From Candidatus Latescibacterota bacterium (GTDB taxonomy: Bacteria; Latescibacterota; UBA2968; SICM01), in contig CBDCJO010000001.1 of NCBI GenBank assembly GCA_965217865.1, positions 192,001 through 256,000 on the forward strand: 64,000 nucleotides of DNA, read 5' to 3'. The notes below the pieces were generated by a model. The model did not search any database. It was not told the DNA's origin and saw nothing but the letters and a program-made list of their open reading frames with translations. The first letter of the stretch is position 1. Every line of letters begins with the position of its first letter. Shown piece by piece: positions 39,050 through 49,832 of the stretch. A program made the translations under genes and the position numbers.

Positions 39050-40408
39050 TCAGGCTCTTTTTACCGCCCTGATCACCGTTTCGCAGTGGGCGGTCTGAGG
39101 GAACAGATCGACCAGGCGTGCCCGATCTGCACGATAACCCGCCGCCTGCAAGCGGGACAGATCTGCCGCAAGGGAGGTTGGATTGCAGGATACGTAGACG
39201 ATCCGGGATGGGGAAAGCTCGATCAAGGTCCTGAGCGCCTCGGGGTGCATGCCGGGCCTGGGGGGGTCCACCACGACGACCTCATACCTTTCCCCCTGCC
39301 TATTGAGCTGCTTCAGAATCACGGTGGCCTCCCCGTGGATAAACCGACACCCCGTAACCCCATTCTCGGCGCAATTCCGCAGGGCGTCTTTAACCGCGTC
39401 CTCGGAAGACTCAACCCCGATCACGGATTCGGCCTTCCGTGCCAGATACATCGCAATCACACCGGTCCCTGAATACAGATCGAGGGCGCGATCCCCAGGG
39501 CGCGGATCTGCGTAATCATGGACCAGTTCATACATCCGTTCCGCTTGCCTCGGGTTGGTTTGAAAAAAGGAATTGGGCGAGATCCGGAAGGCAAGGCCTC
39601 CGAGTTCCTCCCGGATGAATCCTTCGCCGTGGAGGACGGTCATAAAGTCCCCTACGGCCACCTGCGCCATCCGCCGATTGACCGTGTGAATTATAGTTGA
39701 GACCTCCGGAACAGACTCCAAAAGGGATTTCACCATCGCGGGGCGCGATTCAAAGGGTTCATCCGAAGTGACCAGATTCACCATGACCTCTCCGGTTTTT
39801 ACGCCCTCCCTGATCGTGAGGAAGCGTAACAATCCTCGATGACGTTTCAGGTCATAGGACTGAAGGCCTTCAGATCGGGCGAAGTCGCGAATTGCCGCAA
39901 CGATTCGATTTGAGACCTCCGATTGGAGGTGGCATCGGCTAAGATCGAACACCTTGTCAAACTTCCCCCTCTGGTGAAGCCCCAGAATGACCTCGCCTCC
40001 CTTCTGGCCGAAAGAAAACTCCATCTTATTTCGATAGAAGAAGGGTTCTTCGGCGACCATTGGATCCTCGAATTCTAAGTCCATCTCGGAACGCGCGAGA
40101 GTTTCACGGACGATTTTCAACTTCAGTCGGACCTGGTCTTCGTAGGGGATGTTCTGCCAAAGACATCCGCCACATGTCCCGAAGTGTGTGCAGACCGGGG
40201 AAATCCTTTCTAGCCCAGGTTCCACTAGCGCAGTCATTCGGGACTCCAACATCTGCTTTCGCATACGACCAACCCGAACCTCAACCCGATCGCCGGGCAT
40301 GGCACCGGGCACCCTGAAGGTAATCCCATCCGATTGTCCAACCCCCTTTCCATCAGGGTCCAGGCCAACGACGGAAAGCGTGACCAGACTGTTTCGTCTG
40401 GGTTTCAA
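39050..40408 (-). CDS. rlmD: 23S rRNA (uracil-5)-methyltransferase RlmD
   Basis: TRAM domain, CTHFGTCGGC, YRNKMEF, SFFQTN, DPPR, YVSCNP, DLFPQT. Confidence 0.93.
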   Translation of the reverse strand: MKPRRNSLVTLSVVGLDPDGKGVGQSDGITFRVPGAMPGDRVEVRVGRMRKQMLESRMTALVEPGLERISPVCTHFGTCGGCLWQNIPYEDQVRLKLKIVRETLARSEMDLEFEDPMVAEEPFFYRNKMEFSFGQKGGEVILGLHQRGKFDKVFDLSRCHLQSEVSNRIVAAIRDFARSEGLQSYDLKRHRGLLRFLTIREGVKTGEVMVNLVTSDEPFESRPAMVKSLLESVPEVSTIIHTVNRRMAQVAVGDFMTVLHGEGFIREELGGLAFRISPNSFFQTNPRQAERMYELVHDYADPRPGDRALDLYSGTGVIAMYLARKAESVIGVESSEDAVKDALRNCAENGVTGCRFIHGEATVILKQLNRQGERYEVVVVDPPRPGMHPEALRTLIELSPSRIVYVSCNPTSLAADLSRLQAAGYRADRARLVDLFPQTAHCETVIRAVKRA

Positions 40409-40418
40409 TATCGTCTCC

Positions 40419-40462
40419 TAAAAAAGAGGGCAAGTCCGACAAATAAAGCCGGATTGTCCTAA
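40419..40462 (-). terminator. Terminator of the alpha operon
   Basis: Imperfect hairpin GGACAATCCGGC...GTCGGACTTGCCC followed by a T run on the minus strand. Confidence 0.55.
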
Positions 40463-40498
40463 TTTCACACAAGGCTGCGGCCTGCTGCTACCCGCGTC

Positions 40499-40936
40499 TT
40501 ACGCAGCCTGCTCCTTGGTCTTGGGTTCCGATGGTTTTGACCCCTTGCGACTCTCCTCCGGAGGTGTTGCCTTTCCAACCTCGTCGCCCGAGAATGTTAC
40601 GACCGATATCGGGGCCCCATCCCCTTTTCGAATTCCGATCTTAAGAATCTTTGTGTAGCCGCCTGCTCTGTCCACAAACTGGGGGGCGATCTCGTCGAAA
40701 AGGCGCTTGACGATCTTCGGATTCCTGACCGACTTGAGGACCTGTCGGCGGGAAGCCAGATCCCCCCGCTTGGCGAACGAAACCAGCCGATCCACGACGC
40801 CCCGCAGCACCTTGGCCTTCGCGTCCGTCGTCCTGACGCTCCCCTCCTGGATCAGTGAAGCAGCGAGGTTTTTGAGCAACGCCTTCCTGTGACTGGAAGT
40901 GCGACCCAATTTTCGGACTTTGCGTCCGTGCCGCAC
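40499..40936 (-). CDS. rplQ: 50S ribosomal protein L17
   Basis: MRHGRKVRKLGRTSSHRKA; RAGGYT. Confidence 0.97.
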   Translation of the reverse strand: MRHGRKVRKLGRTSSHRKALLKNLAASLIQEGSVRTTDAKAKVLRGVVDRLVSFAKRGDLASRRQVLKSVRNPKIVKRLFDEIAPQFVDRAGGYTKILKIGIRKGDGAPISVVTFSGDEVGKATPPEESRKGSKPSEPKTKEQAA

Positions 40937-40938
40937 GG

Positions 40939-41958
40939 TTAAAAATCCTCCTCCAAAGGGGTTGTTTCCTTCTTGTGTTCTCCAAGACCTTTGTATAGTA
41001 AGACGTCCATCCCAAAGCTCATCCCAAGGCCGGTCAGGATCGCATTCAACTCATTCAGAGACTTCCGGCCGAAATTTCGGTATTTCAACATTTCGGGTTC
41101 CGTCTTCTGAACGAGATCTTCCAAAGTAACGATGCCCGCAGCCCGGAGGCAGTTTGCTGAACGGACCGAAAGCTCCAATTCCTCAACCGGCATCTCGAGA
41201 AGGTTTCCGATTCGCTGGGCCTCCTGGTCAACCTCATCCTCCTCAACGTCTTCGATGCCTTCCTCTTCGAAATTAATGAACAACTCCAGGTGGTCTTTTA
41301 GGATTTTTGCCGCGAACGATAGCGCGTCGTCTGGTTTCATCGCGCCGTTGGTCCACACCTCGAGAATCAGCTTGTCATAGTCCGTGCGCTGACCTACACG
41401 CGCGTTCTCGATTTCGTAATGGACTTTCCGAATTGGCGAGAAGATGGAGTCGATCGGGATGGTGCCCAGAGCCTGGTCTTCGGCCTTATTTTCCTCTGCG
41501 AATACATACCCTCGCCCCCCACCCACCACGATCTCCATCTTGAAAAGACCATCCTCATCCAGGGAGGCAATGTGCAAATCCGGATTGACGATCTCGACTT
41601 GAGGATCGACCTGAAGATCTCCCGCCTTTAGATCCCCTGGCCCTTTGTGTTCTAGAGAGATGGTCCGTTCCTCATCCGCGTGGAGCCGGAGGCAGACCTC
41701 TTTCAGATTGAGAATAATTTCCGGAACATCCTCGACCACGCCCGGTGCGGTGGAGAATTCATGATGCACACCCTCCATCTTAACCGACTTGATCGCGGCC
41801 CCGTGGATGGACGAGAGCAACGCCCGGCGGAGGGCGTTTCCGATCGTCGTCCCAAATCCCCTTTCCAGGGGCTGAAGGATGAATTTTCCATACATACCGG
41901 TCAGCGTTGACTCTTCGATCTGCACCGCTCTGGGCATGTGCAAACTTTTCCACTTCAT
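40939..41958 (-). CDS. rpoA: RNA polymerase alpha subunit
   Basis: PLERGFGTTIGNALRR, RVGQRTDYDKL, NFGRKSL. Confidence 0.98.
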   Translation of the reverse strand: MKWKSLHMPRAVQIEESTLTGMYGKFILQPLERGFGTTIGNALRRALLSSIHGAAIKSVKMEGVHHEFSTAPGVVEDVPEIILNLKEVCLRLHADEERTISLEHKGPGDLKAGDLQVDPQVEIVNPDLHIASLDEDGLFKMEIVVGGGRGYVFAEENKAEDQALGTIPIDSIFSPIRKVHYEIENARVGQRTDYDKLILEVWTNGAMKPDDALSFAAKILKDHLELFINFEEEGIEDVEEDEVDQEAQRIGNLLEMPVEELELSVRSANCLRAAGIVTLEDLVQKTEPEMLKYRNFGRKSLNELNAILTGLGMSFGMDVLLYKGLGEHKKETTPLEEDF

Positions 41959-42017
41959 ATCTACCCTCTCACAGGCCTTGCTCTGTCGTTGAGGCGAATC
42001 TTCGCCAAAAGGAGACC

Positions 42018-42644
42018 CTACTTGGAATAGAGCTCGACGATGAGTTGCTCCTCCACTGGGGTCGGGATATTTTCCCGAGTAGGATACTCGGTTAACGTAC
42101 CCATTAGATTGCTCTTATCCACGCTCAACCATGGCACAAGTTGGCCATCCCCCGCCCGTTTAAGAGAATCGTGGACAAGTGCCATTTGGCGGCTCTTTTC
42201 TCGAATCTGGATCTGATCGCCGGGAGCCAGACGGTAGGAGGGGATATCCACCAGACGATCGTTTACCGATACGTGACGATGCCGGACAAGTTGGCGGGCT
42301 GCTTTCCGAGATGGGGCAAAACCGAGCCGGTAGACCACATTATCAATTCGGGTCTCCAGAAATCTTAGAAGGGTTTCACCGGTGACCCCTTTGAGTTTCG
42401 CCGCCTTGACAAACGTCGTATGGAATTGTGCTTCGAGCAACCCATAAACCCGCTTGGCCTTCTGTTTTTCACGAAGCTGAAGGCCGTATTCAGAAAGTTT
42501 TGGGCGTCGCTGCCAGTGCATCCCAGGAATGTAGCCCCGCTTTTCAAAAGAACATTTGTCCAGATGACATCGGACGCCTTTCAGGAAAAGCTTGGTTCCT
42601 TCCCGTCTACATAACTTACAATTTGGACCCGTAAACCGTGCCAT
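42018..42644 (-). CDS. rpsD: 30S ribosomal protein S4
   Basis: CKLCRREG, QLREKQK, LIVELYSK. Confidence 0.98.
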   Translation of the reverse strand: MARFTGPNCKLCRREGTKLFLKGVRCHLDKCSFEKRGYIPGMHWQRRPKLSEYGLQLREKQKAKRVYGLLEAQFHTTFVKAAKLKGVTGETLLRFLETRIDNVVYRLGFAPSRKAARQLVRHRHVSVNDRLVDIPSYRLAPGDQIQIREKSRQMALVHDSLKRAGDGQLVPWLSVDKSNLMGTLTEYPTRENIPTPVEEQLIVELYSK

Positions 42645-42685
42645 GTAACCTCATTGCTCCTTTAATATCTCCGGGAAACCGACCG

Positions 42686-43081
42686 TCAAACCCTCCTGCG
42701 TTTGGGTGGACGGCAACCGTTATGGGGAATCGGGGTAACATCTTTTATGGCCGAGATCTCCAGGCCGGCGGCCTGCAGGGATCGAACGGCTGCCTCTCGA
42801 CCGACTCCTGGGCCTTTAACCCACACCTCAACCCTCCGAAGTCCCATCCCCATGGCCTCCTTGGCAGCCGAGTCCGCAGCCAGTTGCGCGGCGAAAGGCG
42901 TGCTCTTCCTGGACCCCTTTTGCCCGATCTTTCCAGCGCTCGCCCAGGATATAACCTGGCCCTCTCGATCGGTTAAAGTAACGATCGTGTTGTTAAAACT
43001 GGCCTTGATATGCGCCACTCCAACCGCATCCACACGTTTGTTCTTCCTGCGCACTCTGCGCCTTCCCGTCTCAGGCGGCAA
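42686..43081 (-). CDS. rpsK: 30S ribosomal protein S11
   Basis: [26 protein letters not shown]. Confidence 0.98.
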   Translation of the reverse strand: MPPETGRRRVRRKNKRVDAVGVAHIKASFNNTIVTLTDREGQVISWASAGKIGQKGSRKSTPFAAQLAADSAAKEAMGMGLRRVEVWVKGPGVGREAAVRSLQAAGLEISAIKDVTPIPHNGCRPPKRRRV

Positions 43082-43141
43082 TTCAACCTCCTTCCGATGA
43101 CAGGGTCAGAAATTCCGGTGAGACCGTCAACCCCGACCCTG

Positions 43142-43522
43142 CTATTTCCGCTCCTTCTTTACCCTTGCAACCGTACCTCTTTTGGGGCCCTTCCGCTCCC
43201 GTGCGTTGGTCCGCGTTCGCTGGCCTCTCACCGGGAGTCCACGTCGATGCCTGTAACCCCGGTAGGACCCGATGTCCATCAACCGCTTGATGTTGATCTG
43301 TACCTCGCCCCGGAGGGCGCCCTCGACCTTGTAGTTCCCCTCGATGTTGTTCCTCAGACGCCCAGTCTGTTCTTCGGTCATCTGATTGACCCGGGTGTCC
43401 GGATCCACCTGGGAATTTTGGAGGATCCGACGTGCGCTGGACGGACCGATCCCATAGATGTAAGTAAGGGCAACCTCTATCCGCTTTTCCCTCGGAAGAT
43501 CCACTCCCGCAATTCTGGCCAC
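43142..43522 (-). CDS. rpsM: 30S ribosomal protein S13
   Basis: [24 protein letters not shown]. Confidence 0.98.
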   Translation of the reverse strand: MARIAGVDLPREKRIEVALTYIYGIGPSSARRILQNSQVDPDTRVNQMTEEQTGRLRNNIEGNYKVEGALRGEVQINIKRLMDIGSYRGYRHRRGLPVRGQRTRTNARERKGPKRGTVARVKKERK

Positions 43523-43562
43523 GGTCTGTCTCCTATGACTGAGATACGGGTCGGCCTTTGTT

Positions 43563-43733
43563 TCAGCCTTTTCCTTTTGACCTTTTCCCTTTAAACCGGG
43601 AGGAGGAACCCCTGATCGGGCCCTGTCTCTGTTTGTGCCGTGGATTCGCGGAGCATATGACTCGCACGATCCCTCTGCGCCGAACGATCTTGCAGCGTAT
43701 GCACCTTTTCTTGACCGAAGATTGGACTTTCAC
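43563..43733 (-). CDS. rpmJ: 50S ribosomal protein L36 with 18-aa C-terminal extension
   Basis: GTG start 43733; [26 protein letters not shown]. Confidence 0.92.
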   Translation of the reverse strand: MKVQSSVKKRCIRCKIVRRRGIVRVICSANPRHKQRQGPIRGSSSRFKGKRSKGKG

Positions 43734-43796
43734 GACTCTGGGTCCGGAAACGACCTTCTTCAGATTGGTCTGGTTGAAAACGATCAACGGCCGGGG

Positions 43797-44015
43797 CTAT
43801 TTATACCTGTAGGTAATTCGCCCTTTGGTCAGGTCGTATGGCGACAACTCGATGGTCACTTTGTCCCCGGGGAGGATCTTAATAAAATGCATCCGCATCT
43901 TGCCGGAGATATGTGCGAGCACCTTGTGCTTTTCGTCGATCGCCACCCTGAAAGTCGCGTTGGGAAGCGATTCGATCACAGTTCCTTCCACCTGAATGAC
44001 GTCTTCTTTGGGCAT
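43797..44015 (-). CDS. infA: Translation initiation factor IF-1
   Basis: [25 protein letters not shown]. Confidence 0.98.
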   Translation of the reverse strand: MPKEDVIQVEGTVIESLPNATFRVAIDEKHKVLAHISGKMRMHFIKILPGDKVTIELSPYDLTKGRITYRYK

Positions 44016-44027
44016 AACGCTCCGTCT

Positions 44028-44687
44028 TTAAGATCGTCCCCTCTTCCTATCCAGAGCCTGGACGATCCGCCCGTGGACTTCTTCAACCTTACCCTCGCCG
44101 TCGACTTCCAACATAAACCCCTTTTCTTCGTAGAAACGTTTGATTTCGGCAGTTTCATGCTGATAGATCTTAAACCGCTCCTGAATCGTCTCCGCCACGT
44201 CGTCTGGCCTTTGTGTCAGTCGAGCCCCACATCGATCGCAAATTCCTTCGCGACGGGGGGGGGTTGTTATCAAATTATAAACGGCTTCACAGGACGGGCA
44301 GACGCGCCTTGCGATCAATCTCTTAACAAACAACTCCAACCGGACCTCCAGGCTGACAACTGCGTCCAGGGGACGATCGATACCTTCCAGGAGGGCGTCA
44401 AACCCTCGAGCTTGTCCTAAAGTCCTCGGAAAACCATCCAGGATATATCCCGGATCGCAGTCCGACCGCAACAGCCGCTCGCGCACGATGTCCAGGATTA
44501 AAGGGTCCGGCACCAGATGTCCCCTGTCCACGTGATGGGCGGCATCCTTACCCAGATCGGATCCGTTTGAGATGGCCTGCCTCAGAATATCACCTGTGGA
44601 GATATGCGGAATCCCGTAAGGGGACTCCAGCTTCTTTGCCTGCGTCCCCTTACCAGATCCCGGCGGTCCAAGTAGCACCACCCGCAA
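44028..44687 (-). CDS. adk: Adenylate kinase (Zn-LID type)
   Basis: GPPGSGKGTQ, HISTGD, LDGFPRT, two CxxC motifs. Confidence 0.97.
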   Translation of the reverse strand: MRVVLLGPPGSGKGTQAKKLESPYGIPHISTGDILRQAISNGSDLGKDAAHHVDRGHLVPDPLILDIVRERLLRSDCDPGYILDGFPRTLGQARGFDALLEGIDRPLDAVVSLEVRLELFVKRLIARRVCPSCEAVYNLITTPPRREGICDRCGARLTQRPDDVAETIQERFKIYQHETAEIKRFYEEKGFMLEVDGEGKVEEVHGRIVQALDRKRGRS

Positions 44688-44705
44688 CCCGGTCCCCTTT
44701 CGCTT

Positions 44706-46052
44706 CTACCGACGACCTCTAATACGGCCTTTCTTCATGAACCCGTCGTAATGCCTCATCATCAAATGGGACTCGACCTGTTGAAGGGTATCGAGCGCCA
44801 CCCCGACCACGATCAGAAGCCCGGTCCCTCCGAACAAATCCATCAAGCCCGGGTCGACGTTCATCCAACCCACCACGAAATAGGGAAAAATAGCGATCGA
44901 AGCCAAATAGACCGAACCCGGAAGCGTAATTCGGGTCAGGATGCGGTCGATATGGTCCGATGTTCGTTTGCCCGGGCGAATGCCAGGGATGAATCCGCCG
45001 TATTTCTTCATGTTGTCGGCCAGGTCGACTGGATTGAACACGATTGCGGTATAGAAATATGAAAAGAAAATTATCAATAAGGCGGTCGCCATCCAATACG
45101 GCAGAGATCCCGGCATAGGTCCCGGGGTAAAATGCATGGCCATCGATTGCATGATTTCCACGTCCGGGAACATCTGTGCAGCCGTGGAGGGGAGAAACAT
45201 GATCGCTTGCGCGAAGATGATCGGAATCACACCCGAAGTGTTGACTCGTAAAGGGATGTGCGTCGCCTGACCGCCGTAAACCTTTCGCCCCACGATCCGC
45301 TTCGCGTATTGCACCGGAATCTTACGTTGGCCTTGTGTGAGGAGAACCACGACGGCCGTAACAGCCACAATCAACGCAAGAATGAACAACTCTCCGAGAA
45401 TTCCGAACTTGATCTCTTGATTGGTTACGAAATTCTCGTATTCCCTGCCAATCGCCTGGGGAAATCGCGCCACAATCCCGATGAAGATGATTAACGAAAT
45501 CCCGTTCCCGATCCCCCTTTCGGTGATCTGTTCACCGAGCCACATGATGAAGACCGTCCCCGTCGTGATGCTCAGCATCGTCATCAGGGTGAAGCCCACA
45601 CCAGGATCGGTGACCACCGGCGCGCCGGTCTGCGGAGAGGACAGGCTCTTCAGAAATATGCTGACTCCGAACGACTGGCCCAATGCCAGCAGCACGGTCC
45701 CATAGCGCGTGTACTGGTTGATCTTCTTCCTGCCCTCTTCTCCCTCTTTTTGAAGTTTCTGAAAATGGGGGATGACCGACCCGAGGAGCTGAAGGATGAT
45801 CGACGCGCTGATGTAAGGCATAATGCCGAGGGCGAACACCGTTGCCCTCGAGAAGGCGCCACCCACGAACAGGTCGTAAATCCCCAACAATCCCTGCTGC
45901 GCCGACGAGAAATAATCCAACAGGGCCTGGCTGTCGATACCCGGGGTTGGAACGTGCCCCCCGATCCGGTACACGACCAGAATGGCCAATGTAAAAAGAA
46001 TGCGGGATCGTAATTCAGGTATCCGGAAGGCACTCTGAAAACTCTTCAGCAC
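44706..46052 (-). CDS. secY: Preprotein translocase SecY
   Basis: ALGIMPYISASII, GIGNGISLII, IPGIRPG, GGTGLLIVV. Confidence 0.98.
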   Translation of the reverse strand: MLKSFQSAFRIPELRSRILFTLAILVVYRIGGHVPTPGIDSQALLDYFSSAQQGLLGIYDLFVGGAFSRATVFALGIMPYISASIILQLLGSVIPHFQKLQKEGEEGRKKINQYTRYGTVLLALGQSFGVSIFLKSLSSPQTGAPVVTDPGVGFTLMTMLSITTGTVFIMWLGEQITERGIGNGISLIIFIGIVARFPQAIGREYENFVTNQEIKFGILGELFILALIVAVTAVVVLLTQGQRKIPVQYAKRIVGRKVYGGQATHIPLRVNTSGVIPIIFAQAIMFLPSTAAQMFPDVEIMQSMAMHFTPGPMPGSLPYWMATALLIIFFSYFYTAIVFNPVDLADNMKKYGGFIPGIRPGKRTSDHIDRILTRITLPGSVYLASIAIFPYFVVGWMNVDPGLMDLFGGTGLLIVVGVALDTLQQVESHLMMRHYDGFMKKGRIRGRR

Positions 46053-46092
46053 AGGATGAAACCTCGCTACAGCGTAGGGGCATCAGACGAGA

Positions 46093-46536
46093 CTATGAAA
46101 TGATCTCAACCTTTCCGCCGGCCTCCTTAATCTTGGCCGAAGCCGTTCCGGAGACAGCGTGTACACGAAATTCAACCGCCCGTTCCAATTCCCCGCTTCC
46201 CAGGACCTTAACCTTTCCCGAGGCATCCCGGATCAACCCCGCAGCCCGGAGCAGGTCCGGAGTGACGACATCATCCTGAACGCGGTCTTTAAGGTCCTTC
46301 AGATTCACAATCTGGTAGCGTTCGCGTTGAAGGGGACCAACCCCGATCTTTGGGAGCCTGCGCTGAATGGGCATCTGGCCACCTTCGAACCACGCCCGAC
46401 GTTTTGAGCCCGATCTGGACTTTTGGCCCTTCGAACCCCGGCACGCGGTCTTGCCGTGTCCGGAACCCGGACCACAACCCACGCGTTTATGACGCTTAAC
46501 TCCATGCTCTGGAGGGGAAAGCTGACCTAAATGCAC
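46093..46536 (-). CDS. rplO: 50S ribosomal protein L15
   Basis: GSGHGKT, FEGGQMP, RRLPK. Confidence 0.97.
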   Translation of the reverse strand: MHLGQLSPPEHGVKRHKRVGCGPGSGHGKTACRGSKGQKSRSGSKRRAWFEGGQMPIQRRLPKIGVGPLQRERYQIVNLKDLKDRVQDDVVTPDLLRAAGLIRDASGKVKVLGSGELERAVEFRVHAVSGTASAKIKEAGGKVEIIS

Positions 46537-46568
46537 AAACGCTCCTGACTGCTGAAACGATATCGCTA

Positions 46569-46763
46569 TTACTCTGCCTCACCCACCTTGACAAGATGAG
46601 CTATTTTGAAAATCATCCCCCGAATCTGCGGGGTATCTACGTGAACCACCCGTTGACCCATCCTGCGGATCCCCAGGGCTTTCAAAGTCGCTTTCTGATC
46701 CGCTTTCCGCCCGATGCCGCTTCGAACCTGGACGATTGAAAGCTGCCCCTCTGCAATTGACAT
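46569..46763 (-). CDS. rpmD: 50S ribosomal protein L30
   Basis: [24 protein letters not shown]. Confidence 0.93.
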   Translation of the reverse strand: MSIAEGQLSIVQVRSGIGRKADQKATLKALGIRRMGQRVVHVDTPQIRGMIFKIAHLVKVGEAE

Positions 46764-46774
46764 TTCGGCCTCCT

Positions 46775-47281
46775 TCACGCCCCTTCTCCCCGATGCCCAA
46801 TCCCTCGCATCCGGGCGACGGTTTCAGCGTCACGAAGTTTGGTCAAACCCTCAAGCGTGGCTTTAATCGTATTGTGAGAATTCTGCGACCCCAAGGACTT
46901 GGTCAAGACATTCTGGACGCCGGCCATCTCAAGGACCGCCCGGATGCCTCCCCCCGCAATCAAACCCGTCCCCGGGGCAGCGGGTTTCAGGAGGACCCGA
47001 CCCGCCCCGAATCGACCGATCACCTGGTGCGGGATTGTCCCATTGATGAGAGGGATTCGGATGAGATTCTTCTTGGCCGTCTCAGTACCTTTCCGGATCG
47101 CCTCGGATATCTCCCCGGCCTTCCCCATCCCCACACCCACGTGGCCGTTCCGGTCCCCCACCACCACCAGGGCGTTGAAAGCGAACCGCCTGCCGCCCTT
47201 CCGGACGTGGGCAACCCGATTGATGCTGTTCTGAACAACGACCTCAGCCAGGTCGAGCTGTGATGAATCTATCCTTGGCAA
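46775..47281 (-). CDS. rpsE: 30S ribosomal protein S5
   Basis: [24 protein letters not shown]. Confidence 0.97.
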   Translation of the reverse strand: MPRIDSSQLDLAEVVVQNSINRVAHVRKGGRRFAFNALVVVGDRNGHVGVGMGKAGEISEAIRKGTETAKKNLIRIPLINGTIPHQVIGRFGAGRVLLKPAAPGTGLIAGGGIRAVLEMAGVQNVLTKSLGSQNSHNTIKATLEGLTKLRDAETVARMRGIGHRGEGA

Positions 47282-47305
47282 CGGATCCTCTCCTGTATAA
47301 AAAGC

Positions 47306-47677
47306 CTAAAACTCCAGGCCGCCCTCTCTGGCCCCTTCCGCGAGAGATTTGATGCGTCCGTGAAAACGGTGCCCCCCGCGATCGAATACCACCTTTTTGA
47401 TCCCGGATTCAATGGCCTTTTCGGCGAGGAGCCGACCGACAATCCGGCTCTTTTCACACTTCCCGCTCACCCCTGAAATCTGGGTTTCCACGTCCTTTGA
47501 TAGGCTCGACAACCCGACGAAGGACTTTCCTGCGACGTCATCTACGACCTGGGCCTCGATGTTCTTCAGGCTCCGGCTGACGACCAACCTGGGGCGCTCG
47601 GCGGTCCCGGAGGCCTTGCGGCGTACCCTCCGATGGCGGGTTTTCAATATCCGCTGCTTTTTTACTCGAGGATCCAA
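47306..47677 (-). CDS. rplR: 50S ribosomal protein L18
   Basis: [23 protein letters not shown]. Confidence 0.97.
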   Translation of the reverse strand: MDPRVKKQRILKTRHRRVRRKASGTAERPRLVVSRSLKNIEAQVVDDVAGKSFVGLSSLSKDVETQISGVSGKCEKSRIVGRLLAEKAIESGIKKVVFDRGGHRFHGRIKSLAEGAREGGLEF

Positions 47678-47704
47678 GGGGCACTCCTGAAAATCATGGC
47701 GACA

Positions 47705-48265
47705 CTACGCGGCAGTCTTTCCGGCCTTTCGACGCACGTGCTCGTTCAGATAACGAATCCCTTTCCCCTTGTAAGGTTCAGGAGGACGAAGCTTCCGAAC
47801 CTCGGCGGCGGTTTGGCCGACAAGCTGTTTATCGATCCCCTTGACCACCACGGTAGCCTGGGCGTCCTCCACGCCGGAGGTCGGGGGCTCTGTGGTGAAT
47901 TCTATCCCCTCTCGAGGAGGGACGACGACAGGATGGGAAAAACCCAGCAATAGTCGTAGATTGGGGCCCTCCAGATCCGCCCGGTATCCGATACCCACGA
48001 TGACCAAGCGCTTTTCAAAGCCCGTTGTGACCCCCTGGACTGCGTTGTCGACGAGTGACCGGCCGAGTCCCCACAAGGCGTTCACCTTTCGATCCTCTGA
48101 CACCGGAGAGATCGCCACCAAACCATCTTCCACCGCGACAGAGAGGGAGGGATGAATCGGAACATCTAACTCCCCTTTTGGCCCCTTGATGTTAAGGGAA
48201 TCCTTTCGAGGTTCAACGGAAACACCCGAGGGCAAAGGGATCGGTTTTCGGCCTACACGAGACAT
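47705..48265 (-). CDS. rplF: 50S ribosomal protein L6
   Basis: MSRVGRKPI, KGPKG, RPPEPYKGKGIRY. Confidence 0.98.
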   Translation of the reverse strand: MSRVGRKPIPLPSGVSVEPRKDSLNIKGPKGELDVPIHPSLSVAVEDGLVAISPVSEDRKVNALWGLGRSLVDNAVQGVTTGFEKRLVIVGIGYRADLEGPNLRLLLGFSHPVVVPPREGIEFTTEPPTSGVEDAQATVVVKGIDKQLVGQTAAEVRKLRPPEPYKGKGIRYLNEHVRRKAGKTAA

Positions 48266-48323
48266 AGCTTTCCCAAGAGGGATTCAACTCCATCGGAGCG
48301 AAGGACACGGGGGGGTCCACAGA

Positions 48324-48722
48324 TCACCAGATATAGCAGAGGACCTCCCCTCCCAATCCGTCCTCGCGGGATTCTTTGTCTGTCATAATTCCTTTGGACG
48401 TCGAAATCACGGCGATTCCCAGTCCGTTTAAGACCCGGGGGATCTCCTTCTTTGCGACATATTGTCTTAATCCCGGGCGGCTCACCCTCTTCAGGCCCTG
48501 GATAACGCTCTCATCATTCGAATCATACTTCAAATACAACCTGATAAAGCCCTGCCGGCCATCCTCCACGTAAGTATGGTGGTTGATGAAGCTGCTCGCC
48601 TTTAAGATTCGAGCGATCTCCCGCTTGACTCCGGATGCCGGCACATCCACCTTCTTGTGCCCCGCGGTGCACGCATTTCGTATTCGAGTTAACATATCCG
48701 CAATCGGATCTGTCATTCCCAT
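48324..48722 (-). CDS. rpsH: 30S ribosomal protein S8
   Basis: [24 protein letters not shown]. Confidence 0.98.
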   Translation of the reverse strand: MGMTDPIADMLTRIRNACTAGHKKVDVPASGVKREIARILKASSFINHHTYVEDGRQGFIRLYLKYDSNDESVIQGLKRVSRPGLRQYVAKKEIPRVLNGLGIAVISTSKGIMTDKESREDGLGGEVLCYIW

Positions 48723-48739
48723 CGTGACGCCTTCCCTTT

Positions 48740-48925
48740 TTACCAGCTTGCTTTCGTGACGCCGGGAATTTCACCCAGAAGCGCCAGTTCCCTGAAGCAG
48801 ATTCGGCAGATGCCAAAATGCCTCATGAAACCCCTCGCACGACCACAACGATGGCATCGATTATGTCGTCGGACTCCGAATTTGGGCTTCTTATTCGCCT
48901 TCACTATCCATGCTTTAGTGGCCAC
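48740..48925 (-). CDS. rpsN: 30S ribosomal protein S14 type Z
   Basis: GTG start; RC..CGR...[15 protein letters not shown]. Confidence 0.96.
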   Translation of the reverse strand: MATKAWIVKANKKPKFGVRRHNRCHRCGRARGFMRHFGICRICFRELALLGEIPGVTKASW

Positions 48926-48948
48926 GTTACCCCTCGCTCGAGTTTGGC

Positions 48949-49494
48949 TCAATTCCCACTGAAAGGCATTCCGAATAATCTGAGGAGTTCGAAAGCCTCT
49001 TCATCCGTCTTGGCCGTCGTGACGATCGTCACGTCCATGCCCCTTATGCGATCGATTTTATCGTAATCGATCTCAGGAAAGATGATCTGTTCCTTGATGC
49101 CCAATGTGTAATTTCCCCGGCCATCGAATGAATTCGGAGATACCCCGCGAAAATCCCGGATACGCGGAATCGCAAAATTAAGGAATCGATCCATAAATTC
49201 GTACATCCGGTCTCGCCTCAGGGTTACACTACACCCGACCGGAACGCCCGCCCGCAACTTGAAGTTGGAAATCGCCTTCTTGGACCTCCGGATCGACGGC
49301 TTCTGGCCCGTGATCGCGGTCATATCCCGAACAGCTCCGTCCATCAGGTTGGGTGTTTGAATCGCCTCTCCCACCCCCATGTTGATCACGACCTTCTGAA
49401 GGCACGGGACCTCCATGACATTTCGATACCCGAATTGTTTCGTCATTCCGGGTACGATCTCCTGATGGTATATCGTATTCAACCTGGTCTTCAA
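48949..49494 (-). CDS. rplE: 50S ribosomal protein L5
   Basis: TTG start after GAGGGG; [21 protein letters not shown]. Confidence 0.97.
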   Translation of the reverse strand: MKTRLNTIYHQEIVPGMTKQFGYRNVMEVPCLQKVVINMGVGEAIQTPNLMDGAVRDMTAITGQKPSIRRSKKAISNFKLRAGVPVGCSVTLRRDRMYEFMDRFLNFAIPRIRDFRGVSPNSFDGRGNYTLGIKEQIIFPEIDYDKIDRIRGMDVTIVTTAKTDEEAFELLRLFGMPFSGN

Positions 49495-49504
49495 GTCAAC
49501 CCCC

Positions 49505-49825
49505 TCAATCCGTCGCCCCGATGACCTCTCCACAACTTCTGCAGATTCGTGCACGTTTTCCATTCTCGACCGGAGCGACGCGAACTTTTGAGCTCGTGTT
49601 GCACTCGGGGCATATAAGGATCAGGTTGGACACGTGAACCGGCGCCTCTTTTTCAATAATGCCCCCTTGCGGGTTGTTGCGATTGGGTTTGGTGTGCCGT
49701 TTGATAAAATTAACGCCCTCGACGATCGCCCGGCCCCGGTCCGGAAACACGGCCAGCACCCGTCCTTTCTTTCCCAGGTCCTCCCCGCTCAGGATCTCTA
49801 CAGAATCGTTCTTTCTAATACGCAT
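49505..49825 (-). CDS. rplX: 50S ribosomal protein L24
   Basis: [21 protein letters not shown]. Confidence 0.97.
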   Translation of the reverse strand: MRIRKNDSVEILSGEDLGKKGRVLAVFPDRGRAIVEGVNFIKRHTKPNRNNPQGGIIEKEAPVHVSNLILICPECNTSSKVRVAPVENGKRARICRSCGEVIGATD

Positions 49826-49832
49826 GGGGGCC

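Noticed and set aside
38832-39050. 72-aa ORF downstream of rlmD
   Set aside because: Crosses a terminator-like hairpin and has no recognisable protein features.
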